Below are positions 27,522-39,500 of a stretch of DNA of 64,000 nucleotides, one piece after another (position 1 is the first letter of the stretch; each line of letters starts with the position of its first letter). A program made the translations under genes and the position numbers. The notes beneath the pieces were generated by a model. That model did no database searches, was not told the origin of the DNA, and saw only the letters and a program-made list of their open reading frames with translations. This DNA is from Escherichia coli (lineage in GTDB: Bacteria; Pseudomonadota; Gammaproteobacteria; Enterobacterales; Enterobacteriaceae): NCBI RefSeq assembly GCF_003018255.1, contig NZ_CP027440.1. One strand, given 5' to 3'.

Positions 27522-29765
27522 TCAGGCACTTTCGCGAATGGGTTCGATTTCATTCAGCGTATCAATTAACGGTTGCGGCTTACCAATAAGATAACCCTGC
27601 ATATAATCGATCCCCAAAGAGAGCACCGCCTCGCGGATCTCTTCGTTTTCAACGTACTCTGCCACTACCCGCATTTTCTTCATTCGCGCCAGGTGGCAAA
27701 TCGACGCCACTATCTGATAATCCAGACTATTTGACACAATATTGCGGATAAAACTGCCGTCAATTTTAAGCAGATCGGCATTCACATTTTTAAGCCGCGC
27801 ATAGCTGGCGTAGCCGGTGCCGAAATCATCAATCGCAATCTGGCAGCCTAATTCCTGAAGATGCTGCAAGGTGATTTGCGCCTGCTTAACATTGGTCAGA
27901 GCATTACTTTCGGTGACTTCAAAAATAAGTTGCCACGCTTCAATCTGATATTTAGCCAGCAGCTGACTGACTTCAACAGGAAAACGAGCCTGACATACCG
28001 AGGTTGGCGACAGATTAATCGCAAAACGGTGAGCGGGCATCTTCGCTCTGTTTTCAGCCATAAATTGCAGCGTATGCTCAATGACCCACATGTCGATACT
28101 CGACGATAAACCAAATTCGTGCGCGACCGGTAAGAAGCTATCGGGGCTGATCAGTTCATCATTCTCACCTTTCATGCGCAGAAGAATTTCATGGTAGACA
28201 TCACCACGCATACCGGTAATCGGCTGGGCCATCAGGAAAAAATGGTTGTGTTCCAGCGCCCGCTGTAGCCGATTCATCATCGCGACTTTATCTTTCAATT
28301 CGCGTTGCAAATACATTGCTCCGCGACGCTGCATATTTTCCGGGGCGTTGGTCACGATAGAAAGTTCGGCCACTGTATTTAGCTCTCCCAGCAGCAGGTA
28401 GATATGATTCACTGGCGAGCGCACATAGCAGTAACTGACGCCAATCTGCGGTTGCATCGGCATTCCATCCCAAAAGAAACGAAATTGCTTGAGATGGCTA
28501 TCCAGTGCGGTAATGCGCTCCTGGTGCGATTCTGTATTCAGCCGCAGCGCGAGATCGTTACCCGAAAGCTGATAAACATCTTCACCCGGTTCCAGCAATG
28601 GTGACAGCCAGTGAGAAAGTTTTTGCTTGTATTGAATCCGCAGCATGATGCCATAATTCTTAACCAGCATTTCCATGCCAGGGATGCGTAAATAACAAAG
28701 CGCAGACCAGGGGGCATCACGTAACGCGCGATTCAGGGCGCGAACATTTGGCAGATGAACCACCGGGTCCACATACGCAAGCCGCTGAATGCGTCTGACT
28801 ACCGCTCGCTGACGGGTTGCCAGTACAGCCATATAATTGACAATAAAAGAGAATACCAGATAACTGGAGGAGGTTATGGTCAGCTGCGTGGTATAGCCAG
28901 GATAAATGGGAATGTAATTTTGATAGCTGTGGATGCTGATCATCAACACGACCGCCCAGAGCAATGAAATCAGCTTATAACCATAGCGCATCGCTCCCCA
29001 CATCATCAGGGGCAGCAATAATGACAAGGTGTAATTGGTGCTAAAAATCGTGCTTTTTTCATTTAACGGCATGCATAACAGCAATAGTAAAGCACCTAAT
29101 GCCAGTAGCCAGATTGCGAACTCTTTTTTGGTAACTTTGGCATCAACCTGCTGTTTTAATTGCGAATAATAGCTACGTAAATAAAACGGATTTCGCACCA
29201 CCCGAATGATGAAGTAGCACAGCGGGACACCAATCAGATTACCCACCAGCAAGGCCTGATAATTGATTAAGGTCCCGAGGTTAAAGGGCATGACGCCGAC
29301 CAGATTTTCTCTGCTCGCCAGTAATCCAACAAACGCAGCAAACTGGAAAAGTATCAGAAACAGCGTTGCAGGAAACACAATCTGCCAGAATAGTCGCTGG
29401 GAAATTAAACGGCTATCACCATGTGAAACGTTGTTACGCCGGGGAGTAAAAACCCTGTAACCGCCCCAACAGAGAATGATAATGATAATAAAATTAGCCG
29501 TTAATGAGAGCGTTTCGTAAAAACCCAGCTCTGCATATTTGCGGACAAAAATCCCTAAGGCGATCCCTGGCAATGCCGCCCAGCTGAAAAACATCATCAT
29601 GCTGATCATCAGTGCCAGTGGCAGATAAAAGAGAAAAACTTCACCGGAAGAAATATGCGCGAAAGTATTAATGTGGGCGAAAATGGGCAAGATTAAAGAA
29701 GGCAGGAACAGCGGAAGCCCCCACCATTTATCACGTATTTTTATATAAGTTGCATTCAGTTTCAT
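27522..29765 (-). CDS. pdeF: Membrane-anchored c-di-GMP phosphodiesterase PdeF (YfgF)
   Basis: 747 aa; N-terminal polytopic membrane region, degenerate GGDEF-like middle, C-terminal EAL domain. Confidence 0.85.
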   Translation of the reverse strand: MKLNATYIKIRDKWWGLPLFLPSLILPIFAHINTFAHISSGEVFLFYLPLALMISMMMFFSWAALPGIALGIFVRKYAELGFYETLSLTANFIIIIILCWGGYRVFTPRRNNVSHGDSRLISQRLFWQIVFPATLFLILFQFAAFVGLLASRENLVGVMPFNLGTLINYQALLVGNLIGVPLCYFIIRVVRNPFYLRSYYSQLKQQVDAKVTKKEFAIWLLALGALLLLLCMPLNEKSTIFSTNYTLSLLLPLMMWGAMRYGYKLISLLWAVVLMISIHSYQNYIPIYPGYTTQLTITSSSYLVFSFIVNYMAVLATRQRAVVRRIQRLAYVDPVVHLPNVRALNRALRDAPWSALCYLRIPGMEMLVKNYGIMLRIQYKQKLSHWLSPLLEPGEDVYQLSGNDLALRLNTESHQERITALDSHLKQFRFFWDGMPMQPQIGVSYCYVRSPVNHIYLLLGELNTVAELSIVTNAPENMQRRGAMYLQRELKDKVAMMNRLQRALEHNHFFLMAQPITGMRGDVYHEILLRMKGENDELISPDSFLPVAHEFGLSSSIDMWVIEHTLQFMAENRAKMPAHRFAINLSPTSVCQARFPVEVSQLLAKYQIEAWQLIFEVTESNALTNVKQAQITLQHLQELGCQIAIDDFGTGYASYARLKNVNADLLKIDGSFIRNIVSNSLDYQIVASICHLARMKKMRVVAEYVENEEIREAVLSLGIDYMQGYLIGKPQPLIDTLNEIEPIRESA

Positions 29766-30116
29766 AGATGCTCAGCAGAATCCCCCACATCCTGAAGGAG
29801 GTGTATTCAGACAGGCATCCCACCTGACTTCGAATGATGATTATTCATCACTATAGAGAGCAATGATTCTAAGTGTCATATGAAAGTTCCAATTGATATA
29901 TATCAAACAAAATAACCCTGATTAATGAATTATTACGTTTATCATGTTAACTCATCATTATTACATAATCATTGTAAATAATTAAATTAACTTCCATAAC
30001 ATTAAAATATGTATCCACTGACGCTTTTTTACATAACGAAGAATTGACCATTTTGTCCTGTTGTGCCTTAATGTAAGTACCGTCCACGGCGTGGGACATA
30101 CTTCAAGGAACCTTTT

Positions 30117-30308
30117 GTGAGTCAGGCAACCAGTATGCGAAAACGACACCGATTTAACAGTCGCATGACCCGTATCGTACTGCTCATCAGCTTTATCTTC
30201 TTCTTTGGCCGTTTTATCTACTCGTCCGTCGGTGCCTGGCAGCACCATCAGAGCAAAAAAGAAGCTCAGCAATCCACACTCTCCGTCGAATCACCGGTAC
30301 AACGTTAG
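30117..30308 (+). CDS. yfgG: Small protein YfgG (one TM helix)
   Basis: 63 aa; hydrophobic segment IVLLISFIFFFGRFIY; conserved position between pdeF and yfgH. Confidence 0.75.
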   Translation: MSQATSMRKRHRFNSRMTRIVLLISFIFFFGRFIYSSVGAWQHHQSKKEAQQSTLSVESPVQR

Positions 30309-30456
30309 CGGTTACCTTCTCCACTCTCACAGAACATAACGGCACCTCGCTGTCGGATGCTTTTGCTCTTTGGGATTATCAAAGCGGCAGATATTTTTTC
30401 ATCTTAAATTTTACGTTTTTGTCCTGACTGATGTTTATCCTGTTCGACTGCGAAAT

Positions 30457-30494
30457 AAATACATCATTAATACATATGTTGTGATGATGTATTT
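30457..30494. promoter_or_regulatory. Perfect 11-bp inverted repeat (aaatacatcat N16 atgatgtattt) upstream of yfgH
   Basis: Seen directly at 30457-30467 and 30484-30494, ~125 bp upstream of the yfgH start, in an AT-rich spacer. Confidence 0.5.
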
Positions 30495-30618
30495 TTATAA
30501 ATTATTTCCCGCATGAATTTTAATAAATTTAATCTATTCCTTTATACGCAATACATTTACTTTCCTCTTTTGATGATCTTAAATGTCTTATTTTTCGTAA
30601 TGTGTATAACAAGGAATA

Positions 30619-31137
30619 GTGATGAAATTTAAAAAATGTCTTCTGCCTGTGGCAATGTTAGCGTCATTCACTCTGGCAGGATGCCAGTCAAATGCTGATG
30701 ATCATGCCGCCGATGTTTATCAAACCGATCAACTGAATACCAAACAAGAAACTAAAACCGTTAATATTATTTCCATTCTTCCCGCAAAAGTTGCCGTAGA
30801 CAACGCCCAAAATAAACGGAACGCACAAGCCTTCGGCGCGCTTATTGGCGCTGTCGCTGGCGGTGTTATCGGCCACAACGTCGGGTCTGGCAGCAATTCC
30901 GGAACGACGGCAGGTGCAGTTGGCGGCGGAGCTGTAGGCGCGGCAGCGGGTTCTATGGTGAATGATAAAACCTTAGTGGAAGGTGTTTCTTTAACATATA
31001 AGGAAGGCACCAAAGTGTATACCTCCACCCAGGTGGGTAAAGAGTGCCAGTTTACGACAGGTTTAGCCGTTGTTATTACCACGACGTATAACGAAACACG
31101 TATTCAGCCAAATACCAAATGTCCTGAAAAGAGCTAA
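30619..31137 (+). CDS. yfgH: Outer membrane lipoprotein YfgH (glycine-zipper)
   Basis: 172 aa; lipobox TLAGCQS; Gly-rich segment GALIGAVAGGVIGHNVGSG. Confidence 0.85.
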   Translation: MMKFKKCLLPVAMLASFTLAGCQSNADDHAADVYQTDQLNTKQETKTVNIISILPAKVAVDNAQNKRNAQAFGALIGAVAGGVIGHNVGSGSNSGTTAGAVGGGAVGAAAGSMVNDKTLVEGVSLTYKEGTKVYTSTQVGKECQFTTGLAVVITTTYNETRIQPNTKCPEKS

Positions 31138-31152
31138 TAATCAGGAGGAGTC

Positions 31153-31692
31153 ATGAAGAAAGTTTTTCTTTGCGCCATCTTAGCCTCCTTAAGCTATCCG
31201 GCTATCGCCTCATCATTGCAGGATCAACTCTCGGCTGTCGCAGAAGCGGAACAGCAAGGTAAAAATGAAGAGCAAAGGCAGCATGACGAATGGGTCGCGG
31301 AGCGCAACAGGGAAATCCAGCAAGAGAAGCAACGTCGCGCAAACGCCCAGGCCGCGGCTAATAAAAGAGCGGCAACGGCAGCGGCGAATAAGAAAGCTCG
31401 TCAGGATAAACTGGACGCCGAAGCCACTGCGGACAAAAAACGCGATCAAAGTTATGAAGATGAGCTACGCAGCTTAGAGATTCAGAAACAAAAACTGGCG
31501 CTGGCGAAAGAAGAAGCCCGCGTTAAGCGAGAAAACGAATTTATCGATCAGGAACTGAAGCACAAAGCTGCGCAAACCGATGTGGTGCAATCTGAAGCTG
31601 ACGCAAACAGGAATATGACTGAAGGCGGTCGCGATCTGATGAAAAGCGTGGGCAAAGCAGAAGAGAATAAATCAGATAGCTGGTTTAACTAA
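31153..31692 (+). CDS. yfgI: Periplasmic/secreted protein YfgI
   Basis: 179 aa; signal peptide followed by a charged coiled-coil-like region. Confidence 0.8.
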   Translation: MKKVFLCAILASLSYPAIASSLQDQLSAVAEAEQQGKNEEQRQHDEWVAERNREIQQEKQRRANAQAAANKRAATAAANKKARQDKLDAEATADKKRDQSYEDELRSLEIQKQKLALAKEEARVKRENEFIDQELKHKAAQTDVVQSEADANRNMTEGGRDLMKSVGKAEENKSDSWFN

Positions 31693-31730
31693 ACGATGTT
31701 AGTAACTTCAAACCTATAATTCTTTAGGAT

Positions 31731-31762
31731 AAAAAACCCTCTGTAGTAACAGAGGGTTTTGT
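31731..31762. terminator. Bidirectional terminator between convergent yfgI and guaA
   Basis: aaaaaaccctctg tagtaa cagagggttttgtt; stem flanked by A-run and T-run. Confidence 0.8.
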
Positions 31763-31784
31763 TCATTCATAGTGCAGGGTCAAA

Positions 31785-33362
31785 TCATTCCCACTCAATA
31801 GTTGCTGGTGGCTTGCCGCTGATGTCATACACCACGCGGGAAATACCATTCACTTCATTGATAATGCGGTTGGAAACGCGACCGAGGAAATCGTACGGCA
31901 GATGTGCCCAGTGTGCGGTCATAAAGTCGATGGTTTCGACAGCACGCAGAGAGACAACCCAGTCATACTTACGACCATCGCCCATTACGCCAACGGAACG
32001 TACTGGCAGGAAGACGGTGAATGCCTGGCTGACTTTGTCGTACAGGTCCGCTTTACGCAGTTCTTCAATGAAGATGGCGTCAGCACGGCGCAGCAGGTCA
32101 CAATACTCTTTCTTCACTTCTCCCAGAACACGAACGCCAAGGCCTGGTCCCGGGAACGGGTGACGGTACAACATGTCATACGGTAGGCCCAGCTCCAGAC
32201 CAATCTTACGCACTTCGTCTTTGAACAGCTCTTTCAGCGGTTCAACCAAGCCCATCTTCATCTCTTTCGGCAGGCCACCCACGTTGTGGTGAGATTTGAT
32301 GACGTGTGCTTTACCGGTTGCAGAAGCAGCAGATTCGATAACGTCAGGGTAGATAGTGCCCTGCGCCAGCCACTTCACGTCTTCCAGTTTCAGCGCTTCT
32401 TCATCGAATACTTCAACGAAAACGCGCCCGATGATTTTACGTTTTGCTTCCGGATCATTTTCGCCAGCCAGCGCTGACAAGAAGCGATCTTCTGCCGGTA
32501 CGTGAACAATATTCAGACCAAAGTGATCGCCAAACATATCCAGAACCTGCTCTGCTTCGTTGAGACGCAGCAGGCCGTTGTCGACGAATACGCAAGTCAG
32601 GTTTTTACCGATAGCGCGGTGCAGCAGCATTGCAGTCACGGAGGAATCCACGCCACCAGAGAGGCCGAGGATCACTTTATCGTCGCCTACCTGCTCGCGG
32701 ATACGGGCTACAGCATCGTCGATAATTTTCGCTGGCGTCCACAGGGCTTCACACTGGCAGATATCACGCACAAAACGCTCCAGCATGCGCATACCCTGGC
32801 GGGTGTGAGTCACTTCCGGGTGGAACTGTACGCCATAGAAGCGTTTTTCTTCGTTAGCCATAATGGCAAACGGGCAGCTTTCGGTGCTGGCTACGGTGAC
32901 GAAGTCGGACGGGATAGCGGTAACTTTATCGCCGTGGCTCATCCAGACATCGAGCAGAGGTTTACCGTCTGCGGTCAGCGCATCTTCGATACCGCGAACC
33001 AGTGCGCTGTCGTTTACGACTTCAACCTGCGCGTAGCCAAATTCACGTTCGTTAGAGGCTTCAACGTGACCGCCCAACTGCATCGCCATGGTCTGCATGC
33101 CATAGCAAACGCCGAATACCGGTACGCCTGCTTCAAAAACATACTGCGGCGCACGCGGGCTGTTTTCTTCAGTGGTACTTTCCGGGCCGCCGGAAAGAAT
33201 AATGCCGCTTGGGTTGAAGTCACGAATTTGTGCTTCTGTCACATCCCACGCCCACAGTTCGCAGTAAACACCCAGTTCACGCACGCGGCGCGCAACCAGT
33301 TGAGTGTACTGAGAACCGAAGTCCAGAATGAGGATGCGATGCTTATGAATGTTTTCCGTCAT
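31785..33362 (-). CDS. guaA: GMP synthase (glutamine-hydrolysing)
   Basis: 525 aa; class I glutamine amidotransferase motif GVCYGMQ and ATP pyrophosphatase SGGVDSSV. Confidence 0.95.
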   Translation of the reverse strand: MTENIHKHRILILDFGSQYTQLVARRVRELGVYCELWAWDVTEAQIRDFNPSGIILSGGPESTTEENSPRAPQYVFEAGVPVFGVCYGMQTMAMQLGGHVEASNEREFGYAQVEVVNDSALVRGIEDALTADGKPLLDVWMSHGDKVTAIPSDFVTVASTESCPFAIMANEEKRFYGVQFHPEVTHTRQGMRMLERFVRDICQCEALWTPAKIIDDAVARIREQVGDDKVILGLSGGVDSSVTAMLLHRAIGKNLTCVFVDNGLLRLNEAEQVLDMFGDHFGLNIVHVPAEDRFLSALAGENDPEAKRKIIGRVFVEVFDEEALKLEDVKWLAQGTIYPDVIESAASATGKAHVIKSHHNVGGLPKEMKMGLVEPLKELFKDEVRKIGLELGLPYDMLYRHPFPGPGLGVRVLGEVKKEYCDLLRRADAIFIEELRKADLYDKVSQAFTVFLPVRSVGVMGDGRKYDWVVSLRAVETIDFMTAHWAHLPYDFLGRVSNRIINEVNGISRVVYDISGKPPATIEWE

Positions 33363-33430
33363 TGACGCTTATTCCGAGGCAAGTGAAACAGATAATATAA
33401 ATCGCCCGACATGAAGTCGGGCGAAGAGAA

Positions 33431-34897
33431 TCAGGAGCCCAGACGGTAGTTCGGGGACTCTTTAGTAATGGTCACGTCGTGAACGTGGCTTTCCTGAATG
33501 CCCGCACCGCTGATACGTACAAACTCCGCTTTAGTACGCAGTTCGTCGATAGTACCACAGCCGGTCAGGCCCATACAGGAGCGCAGGCCGCCCATCTGCT
33601 GGTGAATGATCTCTTTCAGGCGACCTTTATAGGCCACGCGACCTTCGATACCTTCCGGCACCAGTTTGTCGGCAGCGTTGTCACTCTGGAAGTAACGGTC
33701 AGAAGAACCTTTGGACATCGCGCCCAGGGAACCCATACCACGGTAAGATTTGTAAGAACGGCCCTGGTAGAGTTCAATTTCACCCGGAGATTCTTCAGTA
33801 CCTGCCAGCATGGAACCCACCATTACCGCGCTTGCGCCAGCGGCGATAGCTTTGGCGATGTCGCCAGAGAAACGGATACCGCCGTCAGCAATAACAGGAA
33901 TACCGGTGCCTTCCAGGGCTTCTACTGCATCAGCAACGGCAGTGATCTGCGGAACACCGACGCCAGTCACGATACGAGTCGTACAGATAGAGCCTGGGCC
34001 GATACCCACTTTAACCGCGCTGCAACCTGCTTCTGCCAGAGCGCGGGCGCCCGCAGCTGTTGCCACATTACCGCCGATGATTTGCAGATCCGGATATTTA
34101 GCACGAGTTTCACGGATACGCTGCAGAACGCCTTCAGAGTGACCGTGAGAGGAGTCGATCAGCAGAACGTCAACGCCTGCGGCAACCAGCGCGTCGACAC
34201 GCTCTTCGTTACCAGCGCCAGCGCCAACCGCTGCACCAACACGCAGACGGCCTTGCTCGTCTTTACAGGCGTTCGGTTTACGTTCCGCTTTCTGGAAGTC
34301 TTTCACAGTGATCATGCCGATCAGGTGGAATTCGTCATCAACCACCAGCGCCTTTTCAACGCGTTTTTCGTGCATTTTTGCCAGCACCACTTCACGGGCT
34401 TCGCCTTCACGCACGGTTACCAGACGCTCTTTCGGCGTCATGTAAACGCTAACCGGTTGATTCAGATCGGTCACAAAACGCACGTCACGACCGGTGATGA
34501 TGCCGACCAGTTCGTTTTCTTCGGTAACCACCGGGTAACCCGCAAAGCCGTTACGTTCGGTCAGTTCTTTCACTTCACGCAGGGTGGTTGTCGGCAGCAC
34601 GGTCTGCGGATCAGTTACCACGCCAGATTCGTGTTTTTTCACACGGCGAACTTCTTCTGCCTGGCGTTCAATGGACATGTTTTTGTGGATAAAGCCGATA
34701 CCGCCTTCCTGAGCCAGAGCAATAGCCAGGCGCGCTTCCGTTACGGTATCCATTGCTGCGGAAAGCATAGGGATATTCAGACGAATAGTTTTCGTCAGCT
34801 GGGTGCTGAGGTCAGCAGTATTCGGCAGAACGGTAGAATGAGCAGGAACGAGGAGAACGTCGTCAAACGTCAGAGCTTCTTTAGCGATACGTAGCAT
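33431..34897 (-). CDS. guaB: IMP dehydrogenase
   Basis: ORF 33431..34966; probable start at [21 protein letters not shown] for a 488-aa product; CBS pair and catalytic IGPGSICTT loop. Confidence 0.95.
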
Positions 34898-35028
34898 GGG
34901 CAATATCTCGACCAGAGTGGTTAATAAATATTGCCGCGGCATTATACAGAGCGTAACCGATTGCATCTACCCCTTTTTGCAAAAAATGCTTGCTATCCCC
35001 GGAGGGCGGGTTACTATCGACTGAATAA

Positions 35029-36435
<1,407 letters not shown>

Positions 36436-36467
36436 ACCGGATAAGAGGCGCCAGCATCGCATCCGGC
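36436..36467. repeat. REP-like element at the xseA-proximal island boundary
   Basis: gaccggataagaggcgccagcatcgcatccggc immediately after the xseA stop codon. Confidence 0.7.
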
Positions 36468-36503
36468 AATAGCTCCCAGGCTACACCAGATCCGCCATGC
36501 TGG

Positions 36504-39500
36504 TTACTGGAAGCAGGTCACCAGACCCGGTTTATTTTTTATTAGCGTGATACTACAATCCTGCGCTCCAGTACCTTCGTCCATCCCACACTGTTGAGAG
36601 GACAAATAAGGAAAACTGGGTGAAGACGGCCATCCCAGTGAATTAAAAACAGTATGCAACAACTCTAATTCATTGTATGTCGGTGCATTTTCTATGCTGC
36701 CACACTGCCTTGCGATATCCCATTTACTGGCATCAATGATATGTGCAGAAGCCCAGTTTTCGTAGTTAATAATCGGTGAGGATACGGGATTAGCCCCGGA
36801 CGGCAATTCCGTCGTTAACAACGGTCGATGTAGCGATTTACTAGTCACCACTACCGTGTCTGCCATATGTCCCCAAAAGTGCGCCGATGAAACATTTGGG
36901 CTGGTTGGCACCGTAAAAATAGCATCCAGCGTGTCTGTCGCGGAAGCGTAATTAGCCAGAGTAACCGTCAGTGGCATTTTATAACCAGGGGTATTATCCT
37001 GGCGGAGCGTAAAACTTGCCGTCCCATCCGCGCCTGTCATGCCACTAATGGTATTACCGCTTTCACTCAGCGTAACAGCCGAACCTGATAACGGCTGAAC
37101 GACGAGATCGTCCATCGCCACTACATTGCCATACAACGTTGCCCCAGCGTTACGCGGCGATGCCTCACCACGTTTCAAAGTAAATTCAACATTCGGCACC
37201 GTATTCCCGGCGCTGTCTTTCACCGTCACGGTTACGGACATGGCTTCGCCTTTTTTCACTTTCGCCGCCTGAGTGGCTGCATCAAACGCTGTTGAGGTAA
37301 GTGTGACGCTGGAAACGGTTGAACGCGCGTTAGCCAGGCAAGGCTGAAATGATTTTGTTGAACCCGTATACAGCGTGCCATTTCTCAAATCAACCGACTG
37401 GTCTTTACCATCGGCGGATTTATCCTCTGCCCACCAGGTGTAATACGCAGGCCAGCCAGTTTCAGTGACAAACGTGTTATTCGGATAACGCGCAGACAAC
37501 GAACTTAAATCATTGAATAGTGGCTGCCTTGCTACTTCACAAGGGCTCACACTCGCATCTGATTTCTGTGTTGGGGTAAAGTACGGCCAGTCTTCATTAT
37601 TGTTATTGATCTTGCCGACGCCAGAAGTCGATGTCAGTTCACTCCACAATTTCGGGCGTTCAAATACCGCACCATTCACTGCCGTCAAGGTTGCTGGCAT
37701 ATGCCCCCAGTAGTTAGCCTTCGCAGAATCCGGGCTGGTCACTACCGTGAATATCAGGTCCTGATTAGCCGTAACCTGCGGATTTCGCGCCAATGAAGCT
37801 GTAAACGGCGTTACCAGACCGACGGTGTTATTTTGGGTAACGTTGAACGTTATCGTGCCATCACTGCCGGTGAAGCCGCTCCATGCCGACGTATTCTGGT
37901 TGAAGGAGATACGCGCCGATGTTGGGGTGACTTCATCTAAAATGAGATCATCTACGGTATTGGAGGATACAGAGATCCCTGAACGGCTTTTCGCCTGCAC
38001 GCGCTTGAGCGTAACACCTTCGCCGCCAACAGGATTACCATTGGCATCTTTGATCGTCACCACGATGGGAAGCATCTCACCTTTTTTCACAGATGACGTG
38101 GGGGTACCACCATTGCTGGCAGTTCGGCCCTCATCATAGGCAGTCGATGACAGCGTAAGGCTTGCTGGTGCCGAATGTGGCTGCGTCAGACAGAGCATTA
38201 AAGCGTATCCATTAATAGTCGTCGTCGATTGTCCCGTTTTCAAATTAATGACGCCGTAATACCACGTCAACGCGTCAGTGGTGCTCATTTCATAAGTCCA
38301 CCAATTTCCACTTCCGGCAGTTATAGGCAACCCCAAATCTGTCAGTATTGTCCCGCCTGGATGATCATTATATAGCCCCTGTAACTCATTGAGACGCGGC
38401 TGATACTCAACCGGGCAATCCGGCGTAACTTTATTGGTATAAAAAAGGTATGACCACGACTCATTATTATTACTTACCGAGGACCCCAAGGTCGCTTCTG
38501 CTGCCAGTAGCGGTCGTTTAAAGGTCACCCCCGCCCTACTGGTAAACGTGTCGGGCATATGACCCCAGTATTTTGCTTTCGGTGAGTTCGGACTGGTTAT
38601 CACAGTGAAAATAACATCCATCGTGGCACTTTTTGTGGTGTCGCGCATCAATGTTGCAGTGAGCGGAGTTGCCAGCCCATAAGTCTCGTTTTGCGTCACA
38701 TCAAAAGTCGCTTTACCATCACTTCCTGTCGTCAGAAGTGCCTGTGCCCCATTATTATAGAGTGACATGTTTACTCCGGCAGGGGTGACCGGCACGATAG
38801 TAAGATCATCATACGTAGAATCTAGCCTGTTTTTTGCACGATCCAACGCAGTCCCGCGTATGAGATTAAAGTTTGCGCCTGGCAACAGATTTCCTCCGCT
38901 ATCCCGCACAATCACCGTCATCCGGATCGCCGTACCTTTCGCCGCCGTTGCACTAGGGCGACCATCGTTGCTGGCCGTTTTCTCCGCATCCAGTGCCGTG
39001 GAGGTCATCTCTATAGAAGCTGCCACTGCATGAGGGTTTACCAGACAGGACACAAATGCCACGGTGTTTGATAATGCCCTGGAGCTTGATCCATTCGATA
39101 AATTAATAGACTGATCGTACCAGACGTTCGCGTAGGCAATTTTATCGTAAGCCCACCAGGTGTTAGTCAGCGGAAGGCCTAAATCGGTCCCTATCGCACC
39201 ATTAGGATGTTCACTGTATAACTCTTGAAATTCGCTTAATAACGGTTGATAAGGTTCGCCGCAGTCTGATTTGCTGACATCATTTTTTGCTGCCGTATTC
39301 AAAGAAAGCCATGATTCATTATTAGCCATGGTTGACTGCCCCGCTGGATGCTCGGCAGTAAGCAATGGCCGCTTAAAGGCAATTCCCGACCGGGTAGTAA
39401 ACGTTTCAGGCATATGCCCCCAGTAACTTGCCAGTGGCGTATCCGGGCTGGTTATGACGGTAAACATGACCGGTAATTTGTTGGATTCTATCGTCAGCTG

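Noticed and set aside
33479-34894. 471-aa + strand ORF antisense to guaB (and a 287-aa one at 32502..33365 antisense to guaA)
   Set aside because: They overlap well-supported, highly conserved genes on the other strand; long antisense ORFs are common opposite GC-rich genes; no start context or recognisable motifs.
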